Origin: Guillardia theta CCMP2712
Taxonomy: Eukaryota > Protista > Cryptophyta
Direction: 5' to 3'
NCBI RefSeq assembly: GCF_000315625.1
Contig: NW_005434629.1
Location: forward strand, 332,409-396,408
DNA length: 64,000 nucleotides
This document shows positions 1 through 13,128 of this stretch, piece after piece (within the stretch, counting starts at the first letter, position 1; every line of letters begins with the position of its first letter). The notes under the pieces were generated by a model. It was not told where the DNA came from, did not search any database, and worked only from the letters and a program-made list of their open reading frames with translations. The position numbers and the translations under genes are program-made.

Positions 1-829
1 GGCGGCAGAGTACCTCGCACAGATCAAGCTTGATCCGGAACGAGAGGCAGAACTAAGAGAAGGTTTCAACCTGCTCGATCGCGATCGTTCGGGAAGAATC
101 TCGATGGAGAATCTGACAGAATCGATGAGAGCGCTGGGACATTACAAGGGAGAAGCTGAGATCAAGGACATGCTCAATCGCTTCGACATCTTCCAGACAG
201 GAGACATCTCTTTCGAAGAATACTGCATCGTGATGAGTAGTCACGATGCTTTCCTACACGCTGGTTGGGCACCTCAATCAGACAACTCAGTCCCTCCGAG
301 CCCGGAGCTTGTTGGTCGAACCTCGGTAAATCATCTTCGCCGTAAACTTGCAGCTGCTGACAGCGATTTGTAGCTTGATGGCCGTTACTTCGACGATTAC
401 AAGGAAATCTTCATGTGATCTTTTAAGCTTGTTGATGGAAGATTTGCTGACATTGAACAGGTCGATGGATCTCGACAACTCAGGAGTGATCGATCCTGCC
501 AACATCCGCGAGGTGGAGGGGAAGGGAGACTCATGCTGAGCTAATCTCTCCTGCGCAGGTCCTGAAGAGACTCGGCTCAGAGGTGACAGAGGAAGAGGCA
601 AGGAAGATGATCGAGATCGCTGATATCAAGAATAACGGTGAGATGCTGCTTGTTCTAGTCGTCGCGTCTGATGTCAGCCTCAGGCGTGATCGAATTCGAC
701 GAGTTTGCCGAGATGATGAGCAAAGGACAGTATCTCATGGAGAGTCCTTCCCTTCGCCCGATCGATCGGGTGCCGTCAGATCGAAGTGGAACAGAAAGGA
801 ATGAGATGGCAAAAGACTTTGTGTTGTGA
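1..829 (+). CDS. Calmodulin-like four-EF-hand Ca2+-binding protein (5' end outside window, spliced)
   Basis: Spliced translation gives EF loops DRDRSGRISMENL, DIFQTGDISFEEY, DLDNSGVIDPANI and DIKNNGVIEFDEF. Four short GT-AG introns; stop TGA at 827-829. Confidence 0.85.
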
Positions 830-979
830 ATAGTGTACAAGAGTGAGATGGATCAAGATAGACACGTAGGGATAGAGGGGCGGGAGAAGAGTTAAAGCAA
901 CTGATAGATACAATTCCGTGCTTTCGTTTCACAAATCGAGGCTGAAGTTTTTGAACGAATTTTCCTTCGGGGTTGTAAT

Positions 980-2170
980 TGCTAGCAATTAAAGGTGATT
1001 GAACAAGTGTTCAGGATAGATTTTTTGACATCTCTTGCAAAACCTTGAGCCTTGTCTCCCTGTTTGAAGTCACAACATCTCATGCGAGGCCTAAGATGCA
1101 GTCGCACCTGGGGGCTTTGAAGAACTTGTCGAGGTATCGGTGGAGGGGCCATTTATCGAATTCTTTGTCTCTGTCCTTTCGTCATCGCCGCCGGCTCCTG
1201 CCTCCTGCCTCCTGCCTCCTGCTACCTGTCTCCTCGATGCGGCGGCTCCACGATAGCTACATCCTGCCATGTTTCACGTAAGGCGGGTCTTGACAACAAA
1301 CACCTCCCGCACCCGCGCTTGAGAATTCTTGTAACAGGTGTTTGATGGGCATGCAAAGATCGACTTGGAGAAAGAAAACTGCACGCATGTCGTCACGATC
1401 CGAACCCCCCCGCTCATCCAGAGACCTTGTTCTCATCGAACACAACCTTGGCATCCCTCATGCACCTGGGCAAGTGAGTTGGGCTTGACACCAGGATGAC
1501 CTGCAATGAGATCCGGTGAGTATCAGCGGCTCTCGTCCTCGTGCTCTCAAGACCTTCTGGATCTGCTCGTTGTGCATGATCTGACCGCAGAGTTCCAGCT
1601 CCTGCACCGTGTTCAGCGACCTGGTCTCCGATCGGCAGATCAGCCTCATCGTCTCCTTGAGCCTGCATACCAGGGTGAATCGGATGAGGAGGAGGCGGAG
1701 GATCGAAAAGACCGCGCAAGGTCAGCCTCCTCGAACTCCCTGAAGTTCTTCAACCGCTCGAAGTTGTCGAACATGTACCTCATGGTGTACTCTCCCTCCA
1801 TTACCCCATCGCTGCTCTTTGACCCCCCGGTGCCGAACAGCACCATGTCCGCTCCTTCCCGATGTGCCACAAGCACGGCCTGTGGGATTCGGCCGAGCTC
1901 GTTGGTTTCTTCTCTTCCCCATGCTATCTCCTCCCATCCCTCTGCTTGCAGGTGGCAGCCATGCACTAGCACTCCCGTCCTCTGTCGAATCCCCCAGCAC
2001 CCTCCGCAAGAGGGCAGCTCCTGGCATGCGGGAGGACGGAGATTCTCGCCGCCGGACCAAGGTCGTAGAGGAAGGCTACCAGACTGTACAACGTCTCGTC
2101 CGCCGCTGACAGCATGCGAGCTCTGGACCGCCAGGAGGCAAGACAGCAGCAGCAGGTCGACTGGTCTCAT
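980..2170 (-). CDS. Secreted DUF218/ElyC-SanA-YdcF-like protein (spliced, 3' end approximate)
   Basis: Signal peptide MRPVDLLLLSCLLAVQSSHA. Motifs VLFGTGG...EGEYTMRY, ETRSLNTVQE and VILVSSPTHLPR match the DUF218 pattern (SxNTxEN, LVTSxxHxPR). Later exons read DVAIVEPPHRGD. Confidence 0.65.
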
Positions 2171-2631
2171 CGCCCATGGACGAGACTCTAGTCGAAGGGT
2201 ACCCCCATCCCCGCCATGACCCAGTTAGCAGTCGCCTGGCATGCAGACATGCAGACCCGCATGCAGACTCTGACTGCCGTCTGGATGCTCGGGATGGCAG
2301 AGGCAGCTACCGCAACCTTGCTATCTCGAGTCGAGCCTGTAGCAGCAGCGCAACAACCTGGTCGGGATGATGTCGCTGGTAGACCATGCATCCTTCTCAC
2401 CGACTCAATGTTCGGTTCATCAGTTGTGTGGGGACTCCAAGGCTCACGCTGTATTGAGAGGGCGGGACGTACGAGGTGAGAGATGAGCAACAGTCAAACT
2501 TCAAGAGGATGATTTACATGATATGAAGGAATAAATGACTAAGTTACATAATAAAACGACAGTCCTGAATATCAGCGCCAGGCCCGAATCGTACTCTAAC
2601 ATCATGGTCAGAGGAATTCCATTCTTGGATA

Positions 2632-3117
2632 TCAGCTCTCGTTCAAAGACATGCGGCGGAACTTGAACGTCTGAGAAAACTTCGGGTCTTGAAGTTTTGG
2701 TTTAGCAAACTGCGGTAAAGGCTCCTCCCGTCGCTGGCAAAGGTCGAATAGCGTGGTTTGTGGTTGATCCGAGAGGAGCTCGTGAGGCTCGTCTATCGTC
2801 AGGTCTTCAAAGATGAAGATCAAGGCCTTCTTGCCTATGAGAAGCGCTTGAAACAACAAGTTGTAAAGAAACACCATGACCCGCGAGTTTTGTGATGCTG
2901 TCACGCTGGGATCAATCATCCTTCCTTGCTTACTCCTGCGAGATGTTGCGTCAATGCAGAGCTCCGAGCTTGCTGCAGGAGGAAGGAGGACAGTGGCTGG
3001 TGGGTGTGCGCAAGGCTGATGAAAGCAAGGGCGGCGTTGGCGAGGATGGAGCAGGGGGGACAGTGGGTCGACCAAGATTTTGCAATCGATCGGTATCTTG
3101 TACCAGCCGTATTTCAT
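2632..3117 (-). CDS. Hypothetical small protein (true start may be the internal MIDPSV)
   Basis: Uninterrupted 161-aa ORF with a protein-like C-terminal half; no recognisable domain. Confidence 0.25.
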   Translation of the reverse strand: MKYGWYKIPIDCKILVDPLSPLLHPRQRRPCFHQPCAHPPATVLLPPAASSELCIDATSRRSKQGRMIDPSVTASQNSRVMVFLYNLLFQALLIGKKALIFIFEDLTIDEPHELLSDQPQTTLFDLCQRREEPLPQFAKPKLQDPKFSQTFKFRRMSLNES

Positions 3118-3169
3118 GCCAGAGCGGTATGTGACTTAGTAAACTCTTTACTCAAATATTGTACTGGGT

Positions 3170-4095
3170 CACGAGTCATGGGCCCCCGGACTGACGGTCC
3201 GGCCGCCGTCAGCGTCTGCTCACGTAGCCGCTACATGACACCAACAACTGATCGATCGAAGGAAGAGGGCGTTTGCAGGATAAAAACAATTCCGGACTCA
3301 GCGTGACCGTCACTCGGAACGGAGTCCATGATCGCCAGCCGCCGGCCCGGGGCGCCAGCCGCGCGGCGACAGGCCCCGCCGGCCGGGGCCCGTCGGCCCG
3401 GGGCGGGCCTCCGGAGGCCCCGGAGGCTTGTGCGGGGGCAAGGCTGTTACTACTTGAAACGGTTCGTTGCCCACTGGGCCAGCTGTCGAGTGATCGCGGC
3501 GCCGCCCGGCCGGGCCGCCGGGATGACGAATCCGACTGGGCGCGGCTGCCAGGGCCGGCCGCAGGTCCACTGGCAGTGCGCGGCGGCGGGCCGCCGCGCC
3601 GCCCGCCGGCCCTCAGCGGGCTGAGGCTCCGAGCGACTCCCCGGGGGGAGGCCTCAATGGTCCAGTCCGATCCTGCGCAGGTATCATCATCGGATCCGGG
3701 AAGGTTTACTGAGTTCTCCGCGCGCGGCAGTCACGGTCAGGCCCTTGCCGCGCAGTGCCGCCGCCCCGGCTCGGAGTCGCCGGAGCCCGGACTCGAGACT
3801 CAGGGAGCCTCAGCCCCACCCGGGGGGGGGTGACTCTGTGACTGCCTACCGTCACTATTAACCGGCGTGTTACGTTCAGTTGTAGCCCCCCCCGCCCGGC
3901 CCACCTGAGTCCGGGAACTTCGGAAACTTTTTCACTGGTGGCTGACTCGGATACTCTTGACTCTCGGCGGGCGCCGCAGTCAGGCTGTCTGTATCCGGTA
4001 TCCGGGCGGCGGCGGCCGGCGGCAGTTCGGCGGCCGCGGCCTGACTCTGACTCAGTGACCGTCCGACTCAGTGATCGGACCGTCTCAGTTTGCTG
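3170..4095. repeat. GC-rich, micro-palindrome-rich intergenic block
   Basis: Dense CCGG, GGCC, GCCGCGGC, TGACTC and GAGTC words; lies between divergent genes. Similar blocks occur at about 10.6, 15.4, 20.1, 24.4, 27.2, 29.1, 52.1 and 61.9 kb. Confidence 0.55.
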
Positions 4096-4137
4096 GGCTT
4101 GTCGGGGATGAGGGTCTTGCCACCTGATCGCCATAGA

Positions 4138-4181
4138 ATGGAGGCGAACATTGGAGCTCGTGGGGGTCGAGGTATGATGAT

Positions 4182-4245
<64 letters not shown>

Positions 4246-4328
4246 ATGATGATGATGATGATGATGGAGATGATGATGATGATAATGATGATGATGGAGA
4301 ATATGATGTTTGAGGTGATGATGATGGA

Positions 4329-4359
<31 letters not shown>

Positions 4360-4415
4360 ATGATGATGATGATGATGGAGATGATGATGGAGATGATGAT
4401 GGAGATGATGATGGA

Positions 4416-4453
<38 letters not shown>

Positions 4454-7400
4454 CGACGACGACGACGACGATGATGATGGAGATGGAGATGGAGATGATG
4501 ATGGAGATGATGATGGAGATGATGACGGAGATGATGGAGATGGAGATGATGATGGTGGTGGTGATGATGATGATGATGATGATCAGGAGGAGGAGGAGGA
4601 TGGGGGATTTGGTGGTGGTGGAGGAGGAAAAGTGAATGGGAAAGAGGTGATGCGGAGAAGGAAGAAGAAGGTGCAACGGGAGAGAAAGACTTGAGGGTGT
4701 TGGGGGTTTAGTATGGGAAACGGAATGTAGTCGAAATTTTGCTCCATTAACAGTAGAGCGCGGATCCGGAGGTTTATGGTAGGAACTTTACTGACTGCCG
4801 TACTGCTGTCGCAGGGGGGACACGAGGACGGGGAAGGGGAAGAGGGGGTGCTGGGGGATCAGAATCAGCTGCCAGAGGAGGGGTCACGAGCTCGGGCAGT
4901 TACAGTGGGACGGGCAAAGTTGAAGGGGAAGGTGAGAGGATTTCTTCTGTGCCCACGAGATGAGCTTGCCTGACAGTAGCATGCAGGCAGAGATTTGACG
5001 CGAGGAGGAGCTAGAGGAGGAGGAAGGGGCAGGGGGCATGACGGAGGCGGAGCAGGAGGTTGCCTGTTGCCATGGAAGAAGATTTTTCTGACACCATCTT
5101 TCAGGTCGCAGGTCGTTAGAAGTTTGCTGAGTATGAGAGGAATGCGCTGACTTTACATCAGCCGAGGTGAAGAGGAGCAGAAAAGATCCGAGCAATCGGT
5201 GTGTCGTGCTCGCTGAGGAGGGAGGAGCAAGGGGGGCACTCATGGTAGCGCAGGCGATGCCAAGGCAGGATGGAAGGGTCGCGGTCCAGTATCAGGTGAC
5301 GGACCGCGGTGTGGCAGGAAGCAGCAGCTGACATGTGCGGAACAGCACCTTGACCCGAAGATGGACGTGAGCTCGTTGGTGAGCAACAAACTGATGGACA
5401 AGGTGAACGAGACGAGTACATGTTGACCTGACGACTTGAAGACGAAAGTCCCGCTCTCTCCCTCCTCTTGATCCTTGCTCTGCCTCGCTCCCCTTCCCTC
5501 CACCACCACCTCCCACTCCTTCCCCTTTGATTCACCCTTCCCTCCCCGCCTGCCTTCTCCTCCCCATCCGTTGGTAGCTGAGTACTTGTTTTCTCAGCGG
5601 ATAGTCTTCCTCTCGTTCTTGCCCATGGACAATCCTGGTAGCGCTTCATGAATAGCAAGACAACTGTTGAGCATGTTTGTAGGGGGAGCAGGAGACCGCA
5701 ATCAAACAGCTGAAGTTCTCAAGATCCTCAATGAATCGGCAGACGTAAAGAAACTGAGCAGCACAGTTGGTGGTGATAACATCTTCCTTGCAGAGACTTC
5801 TTAGCCTTCACCTGTCTCATTTCTGGGCACACATGATGCACGACAGACAAGTTGAGGTCCCCGCATGCTTCTATCTCGCCCTGCCTTCCTCCTCACAGCC
5901 GCTTCCTCCTCCCGTACCACAGACGTTCCTGGAGTCCTTCCTGCGATACCGACTGAGAAACTTCGACGACTTGTGAGAGTGCGATGTTCTGCATGTTGAT
6001 GGTGAGCATTTTGGCAGCGAGGAGGACCAATTCGAAGGAGTCACCTGTAAGATGCTCGCTGCTATCGGGCGGTTCTCGTTCCCTTCCTCACTCTGCACTC
6101 CTTTGCAGTGGATGCTGTACACGAGCTCGAGGAGAAAGTATTGATGGTGACAGAGCTATTGACTTTGGGAGGAGAGCTTGCTTATACTTCTTGTGCCTGC
6201 TGGCAGATCCTGTTGAGAGCGTCGTCTCCTCTTGGGTTCGGGAGCGAACTTGAGGTGCTGGATGTTTGGCTGCTCTCGTTGCTCTCAGATTATCACTCCC
6301 CTCCTGTTTCTCCCCTCTCTCCTGCTTCCTGTTGTTGCTATGCCTGTATTTTTTCTCTGATCATCGTCTTAGAACGGAAGCTACATTGCTCCTTCGACAC
6401 ACTCGCAGTCAATTCAAAGGAAGTGAGATTTCGTCTTGCATACATTCAGCCTGCTGTCTCGCAACAACCTTGTGAAGTTCTTGTTTCTCACTCGCATGCC
6501 TGCGCCCAGGTTGTTCAACATCCCCAAGATCCTTGACATCAGCTCAGTCTTCAGCTCAGTCGATTACATCTTGACGCAGAAGGTAGGTGAAAGCTTTCAA
6601 GTAGATTGCGAAGCTATGAAGAAGAAGTACAGCAGATTGTTGAGGGAGGAGGGCGCGGAGGGGAGATGTCAAAAAGGAGGATAGTGATAGAGAAGGACAG
6701 AAGATGAACTAGAGAAAAGCTCCTGTGAACATCTCACGTTGCTTTGTGCTGCAGATCATCGAAAACTTGTTCAGTTCACAGCCAGGTGTTTGATTGAACA
6801 TCTTTCTTTGCTTCACTTTTCATCCCCTCTCATTTTTTCCCAGTTTTTCACAAAGATCTTGAAATCAACATCCAGCGGACGGCCGAGGTTCGAGGTTGAC
6901 TGCAGCGCAAGACTTCTTGACGTCATGCCAACAGGCAATCGACAAGAGCATTGTCGACATCGTTGAGATCTTGCAAGCTGAAAGAATTCAGGTTGTTAAG
7001 CTCCTCGCCCTGATGTCTTTCCTCTCTTCGCTGCTCCTGCTCCTGCTCTTGTCCCTGCCCCTTTCCTGGCTCCAATTTCTACTCCTGCTACTGTGCCTAC
7101 TTCCGGCCCTGCGACTTTCTAGCTTTCCCTTCGATCGGATGTGTTGTTCTTGTTTATTCTATTTCTCTTTGCTACAGCAGTTTTTTTATGATGTCTCTAC
7201 ATCCAGGGTGATACTCTCATCGACCAAGTTACGTTCCTGGCTGATTCTGCCCTCACGATCCTAAGTTTCCAAAGGTCAGTACAGCAGTGGTGGAAAGTGT
7301 TTTAGCCCAATTCATATCATTTGGATGCTTTCTTCATGTTAGTCCCTTGCAGTCTGTGGTAGAAATACTACAACCAGAGTCAGTGAGGAGTTCGACCGGT

Positions 7401-10400
7401 GTAGCACTAGTTGCAAGTTGATAAACTCTTGTGTTCCTGTTCTAACTGATCATTTTTCTGTCACTTGATTTGATGGTTTATTCTTGTGTGCAGGTTATTT
7501 GCCCCCGCTGTGCAGTCGGCAATAAAACTCAAACTGCACTTGAATGTTGTAAGTTGCGACATCAACTAGGGCAAACCTTCACTGACGTACAATCAAAACA
7601 AGGCCTTTGCCTACACTCAACTGAACACCTTCTCATCGACTCTCAACAGTCTACATCACATTGTCTCAACAAGACTGTTACAAGTCTGTCATTCACAATC
7701 TTGCTGATCATTTCCACTGACGAGTTGTGCAGAGAGCTAAAGCAGGATTGCTGGATTGTTTGTTCTCCTTCCTCACCGGCGGGACGCTTGACGGTGAGAT
7801 AGAAGTGAGATCTCTGCAGCAGATCGGAAGAGCAACAGAGAGTCAGAATAGAAAGAGTTGCCGTAGGATGGTGTGAGCCAAGGAGACCAGAGATGGGTGC
7901 GCACCACAAGAGGCCAAGGAGGAGGAAGGGGAGGGGTTAGCAGAGCAGAGGCGAGGAGCACAGCACAGCACAGCACAGCACAGCACAGCACAGCACAGCA
8001 CAGCAGAGAAGTGAAGAGGAGATAATCATCTCTTACAGGCGAAAGTTTTGCTCACATTCTCGACGTGTCTCGCGCCAATGACATGCAGAGGGTTGTCAGC
8101 GATGTGAAGCAGGCCTTGCAAGAGAGATCGACAAGTCAGGTTGCCCTCCGCGATCTCAACCGCCGCCATTCTCTCCTCCCTTTGCTCGACCATCTCATTG
8201 CGTCTTCTTCCAACAAGAACAGCATCGTAATCGTTCTCTTCCCATGACATCCTCCCTTGCTGACTTCTCCTCTCCAAGATTCGGATCCTCCAGGATGTCA
8301 AACAGCTTGTCACCCAATCCTTGCAAACCAAGAAATCTGCCGTGCAGAGCACAAACAACAAGCAGGGCAGCGCAACAGAAAATCGGCAGCGCATCGAACA
8401 GGTCATGCAAACAATCCTGGGAAGGGAAACGTGTCATAAACTTGCAGGTCATGGAAATCTTCCCTGACCTTGGGGACTACTTCGTCAATGAAATGCTTCA
8501 AGCCCATCAGAACGATCCTTCTCTCGTGATTCAGGTATGCCCTTCTCCTTCCCCCTGACCCCCCCCCCCCCACCAACGTTTTGTGAGGGGGGGGGGATAT
8601 ACAATGTCCTAAAACGCATAACCCAATCTACAACTTTAGAATCAGTTCACCTCGTCGCGTATCCACACTAAAGTTAAAAATCAGTATGAGGATAACGATA
8701 GAAGTCTCCGATCCTACACAGGGCTTCTTTTCTACCGCCCCAACCACTGGGTCTTCGATCTGTAGCCACCCCTCACGCTCAAGAAGGTGAAGGTACAGCG
8801 GCCAGAGGTTAGGACGGCTAACGATGGAGTAAAAAGACAGGAGGCGTTGGATACACATTCCACTCCAGCGAAAATCAGGCCGCTAGCTAGCAATCGAGGT
8901 GTCGAACCTATCTCAATTTTCAATNNNNNNNNNNNNNNNNNNNNNNNNNNNNNNNNNNNNNNNNNNNNNNNNNNNNNNNNNNNNNNNNNNNNNNNNNNNN
9001 NNNNNNNNNNNNNNNNNNNNNNNNCCCCCTCTCCTTCACTTCCTCTCTCTCCCCTTCTTGGCTCCTCAGGCACCTCTCCCACCTCCCTCTTTCTCCCTCT
9101 CTCCCCATCCCCTCCCCCTGTTTCTCTCTCTCCCCCTGTTTCTCTTTCCCCCCGCACCATATTCCCCCTCCTTTCTCTCTCTTCGTCCTTTCCTCTCCCT
9201 CTCCTCTCCCTCCCCCTGCTGCTACAGCCTCAAGATCTCTTGCAGGCCCTGCTGGAGGACAACGTTCCTCCTTCTCTCGCTCATCTCGACCGATCCTCCA
9301 AGATCGCAGACATGACGCACAAGAAGGTGGAGAAGAAGACGGCGAGGCTCCTCCCTCCTCAGAGTGCGGAGCTGCGGGCAGGGATGGAGGAGATCGACCT
9401 GCTCGCCAGCCAATTCAAGTTTGAGAGGAGCCGAGTGAAGGGAACGAGAGAGGAGGAGAAGCTGAGCGAGGAGGAGGCTGATGCTCTCAGGCAGAAGACA
9501 AAACATCTTATCAAGCTCCAGGTCCGCACTAGTATCCTGTCCTGTCCTGTCCTGTCCTGTCCTGTCCTGTCCTGTCCTGTCCTGTCCTGTCCTGTCCTGT
9601 CCTGTCCTGTCCTGTAGTTTTCTTTCCTCTCCTCTTCTTTCCTTTCTTCGCTATCCTCTGCTCCACTCATTTTCCTCCGCTCATCTTCCTCCTCAGCACC
9701 TGGACGAGCTCAGAGAGGAGATTGCTCTTGCGGAGGCAGCAGTCGCCGCGGGCCGGCAGGATGCTGAGGATCGAGCAGCCAGGGCCCGGGCGAGGCTGGA
9801 GGAGGAGGAGGCAGCGCTATGGAGCCAACGAGAAGACGCGCATCAGTACGAAGACGAGTACGATGACGCGTTCGAGGCGTTCGCGTCCTTGGACATGGGA
9901 GAAGGGCTAGCGGAGACGGAGGGGAGGAGGAGGCAGAGAGACGCGGGCGGAAGGAACAAGGTGAGTCGAGTCAGGCTTGCCCTTTTTCCTGCCTGACTGT
10001 TGTGCAAAAGGAGGAGGAAGGGGAGGAGGAGGAGGAGGAGGAGGAGGAACTATTCATGGGGATCGAGCGTAACGTCAACCGCGAGGTCGCATTCTTCATT
10101 TCACATCCTGTTCTTCCGACTCCCTCCCTTTCACTGACATCGGTCACTGGTACAGGGAGCTGAGGACGAAGACGACGACGAGGAAGCACGAAATGCGGTC
10201 CCAAGGGGCAGGGGCAGGGGCAGAGGACGAGGAGGCGCAGGAAGAGGCGCGGAGGCAGCGTCGGCAGGAGCATCGCAAGAACAGAAAGCCAGCAGGGGAA
10301 GAGGATGGGGAAGGGCTAACGCCCGACTGACGAGGTGAGGGGACAGGGAGAGTGGGGACGTTGGGACTGAGCTTTCGCGGTTGCAGGAGGAAGGAGGAGA

Positions 10401-10477
10401 ACAAGAGCGCGGTATCCAACCATCACCGCAAGGATCGAGCAGCGAGGAAGATGAGGCTCGCTGGCATGCCTGCATAG
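4138..10477 (+). CDS. ASCC2: Activating signal cointegrator 1 complex subunit 2 (CUE-domain protein, multi-exon, spans the gap)
   Basis: Exons encode LLSLHLSHFW..FLESFLRYRLRNFD, LFNIPKILDI, the CUE domain EIFPDLGDYFVNEML..DPSLVIQALLEDNVPPSLAHLDR, YEDEYDD and C-terminal RKENKSAVSNHHRKDRAARKM, all ASCC2 hallmarks. RG-rich N-terminal exons; start is tentative. Confidence 0.85.
4173..4582 (+). repeat. (ATG)n-type microsatellite in putative ASCC2 intron 1
   Basis: Array of ATG/GAG/ACG triplets directly after the GT donor. Confidence 0.95.
7957..8004 (+). repeat. (GCACA)n pentamer microsatellite, intronic
   Basis: Direct tandem repeat. Confidence 0.9.
8559..8924. mobile_element. Probable interspersed-repeat or TE fragment in an ASCC2 intron, truncated by the assembly gap
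   Basis: Starts at a poly-C/poly-G hairpin-like junction. Composition differs from the pyrimidine-rich intron. Carries the AAGTTAAAAATCAGTATGAGGA motif found in other repeats and abuts the N gap. Confidence 0.45.
8925..9024. other. Assembly gap (100 N)
   Basis: Run of n. Confidence 1.
9536..9615 (+). repeat. (CCTGT)n microsatellite, intronic
   Basis: Direct tandem repeat. Confidence 0.95.
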
Positions 10478-11959
10478 AACCTGCTGCTGCTATTTTTCTT
10501 GTTCCTCATGATCAGCCGATGATCCAACTGAGTTGCCGTACCGCTTGCCTCACTCAATCCCATCAAGTTGAACTGGCAACCGGGTTGGCAACCGTGATCG
10601 GACCCGGGCCTCAGGCACGGGTCCGGGCCGCGAGATCCGGCAGACTGAGGCGAGTCACTGAGCCCGGCGGCCTCTGATCGGACGCCTGAAAGACTCGGCC
10701 CGGAACTTCCGCCCGGGGATTTGCGTTACTTCAGTTATTCCCACTGGACGTAGAAAATGGCGGCGTTGAGGAAGGGAAGGGAAGAAGGGGAAGAGGGATA
10801 GAGGAGCGAGGAAGAAGAAACAGAAACAAGCATGCAAGGATTATACGCTATGAGTCTGTGTGAGACCGACGAGATAGATTAGTATAAATCTGTGAAGAAA
10901 AGATTGAGAACACAAATAGGTTCAAACTGAACACAAACCGGCTTATCAAACATGTCCGTCCCATGCAATCCTGATGCCATGAACTGTCTTTTCCTCGCAA
11001 TCAATCACTTGCTTGTGTGATATATTGAGTTCACAGTCGCTCTTCTGCTTTGCGTTCCTTATACACCTGTTGTTCATTGGTTTGTCCATGTTGTAGCCAC
11101 TTTGTGCAAGCAATGCACTTTACCTGACTGTGTCCTGCAGTTGCTGCTTTTTCAAGATGTCGCATGTTTCTGATCTCCGCCCAATGCCTGGTCCCGATTC
11201 TGCCTTCATATCGAAACCGACCAAGTTTGAAGGCATCAAGGTCTAAGAAAAATCTCTTGCTCACCACGTTCTCACCGATTGCTCAGGTTGAGGCGCCAAA
11301 GGTGTCGCACTCTGGCAAAGTCGACATGACAGAAGATGACGGTGACATTTGGCTCAAGGGAGCTTGCATCGCGCAAGTGAAGTGACTCCTGCCTCTTTGC
11401 AGAGAATTTAAAACGTCTGCTTCAGAAGACTCGATGTGTAAACTGCACCAAGATGTTTGTGGTAGATGACAACAACGACGAAGCTTGTCATTACCATCCA
11501 GGTGGCCTTTGCTCTTGATCGGCTCACAGGCAATTAGGCTGAACGTTCCATGAAGGTCCAACTCAAACCGCTCTCCGCAACCAGAACCATCTCGATCGCA
11601 TTATCTTCCACTGCTGTGGTGGAGAACAGGTTGGTTTCTCGCCGGTTCTCTACGAATGCCCTCCTTGCAAAGTAGGGAGACACGTGTCGGCCGAGGAAAA
11701 GGAAGATCAACAGAAAGCTGGAGCGAAAAAGGTGAACAAATGTCTTGTGTTTTCTCACTATGTTGAGCATACCTTTTCAGTGACGAATCCGGGAGAGCAT
11801 TATCAGGGTCAGAGAATTCAAAGCTTTAATTTTAATTTGCTTGTATGATCATCTTACTTGTTTCGTTGTTGAGAAGTGCCACACTCTGAAGCTTAGTGTA
11901 CAGAAGATAAATGTGTGAAAACAATGAGAAGCAATAGAGAGTGCCTAAATGTGACTCTG

Positions 11960-13128
11960 TTATGCTGATCCCGAAAAGATGAACGCAGTTCTCTTCCCAT
12001 GCTTGAAGCTTTCATACGTTGTCCTGCCCCATGCATGCTCGTGCAGGAAGTCTCCTTCTCTCACTCCCTCCAGCCACGTTCCCTTCAAGTACTCTCGGCT
12101 TCCGTCTTCTAAATAGAGCAAGTCATATGGCCCAAAGCACATGCACAAAAGAAAATCACAAATCGCAAAAGAAACAAGATTTATAAAAGAAGGGCCAGGA
12201 GCTACCGTAGTTGAGGTGCGCGATTCCAGGGCCATGGCGAACTCCTTGCTTCCACTATCAACGGATGTCATGAAATCTGCACAAGTAAGGCAATGCAGCG
12301 GAAAGACTGAAGAAACATGAGGTGGAGACGAGAGATCGTTACCTTTCCAACAAAGGTCTCCCTCATGGATGGGGAGCCATGCTTGCCAACCTCACTGTAC
12401 GTTCCATCTCCATGGAACTTGCCATCCCTGAAATCACCTTCATAGCAACTGCCGTCCGCAAAGAAGTAAACACCTGTTCCGTGAAACTTCCCATGATGAA
12501 ACTCTCCCTCATATCGAACCCCATTAGATGCATCAAGGGTTCCCCGCCCATGCTGAGTACCTCCCTTGAATTCCCCGCTGTACACAAACTCCACCCCAAC
12601 ATCCGTGAACGTCAACTGCCCATGGCCATCCATCTTGTTGTTCACGAAGTTCCCAACAAAGTTACAACCACTCTTCCCAGCATACTTGTAGACACCATGT
12701 CCCTCTCTTCTGCCCTCTTGGAACTGTCCCTCGTACTCATCGCCGCATCTGTGCCGGTACCTCCCCACACCATGAGGTTTGCCAAGTACAAAATTCCCTT
12801 CAAACTCGTCCCCATCGTGAAACTTTTGTGTTCCTTTCCCATCTTTCATCCCATTCCTCCACTCCCCCTTGTACGATCCGCCATCGCTGTATGTTCTCCT
12901 TCCTGACCCGTTGACGACCCCGTTGTCGAACTCTCCCTCGTATTCACCGAACGGTGAAGCATGCTTGCCCACTCCCTCTCGCCTTCCTTCAACCATGCTG
13001 CCATCGTATACCGAGTTGCCCATCAGAGGCAGGACAAACTTTCCTCCTCCTCCCACGCCTCCCCTGCTCCTCCCCGCGTCCCCATTCCTCATGCACAGTC
13101 CTCGAAGCACGGGGCCGCGGTGCGCCAT
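11960..13128 (-). CDS. MORN-repeat protein (may have upstream exons to about 14.2 kb)
   Basis: More than ten YxGxF/WxxGxxHGxG repeats, e.g. YEGEFDNGVVNGSG, YKGEWRNGMKDGKG, YEGEFHHGKFHGTG. Confidence 0.9.

Noticed and set aside
3273-4134. Arg/Gly/Pro/Ala-rich ORFs in GC blocks (also 24153-25121, 28937-29800, 61624-62528)
   Set aside because: Stop-poor GC-rich repeat DNA open in many frames; repeat copies differ by frame-breaking indels.
4068-4676. Poly-Met and poly-Ile ORFs (also 53233-53804 and 16616-17101)
   Set aside because: Translations of intronic (ATG)n microsatellites.
8732-9617. ORFs spanning the N gap
   Set aside because: Artefacts of X codons; only the about 9229-9521 part is a real ASCC2 exon.
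11031-11770. Short minus-strand ORFs, one containing FLDLDAF (DxD-like)
   Set aside because: I could not assemble a coherent spliced frame or domain; it may be a gene or a relic but is unsupported.
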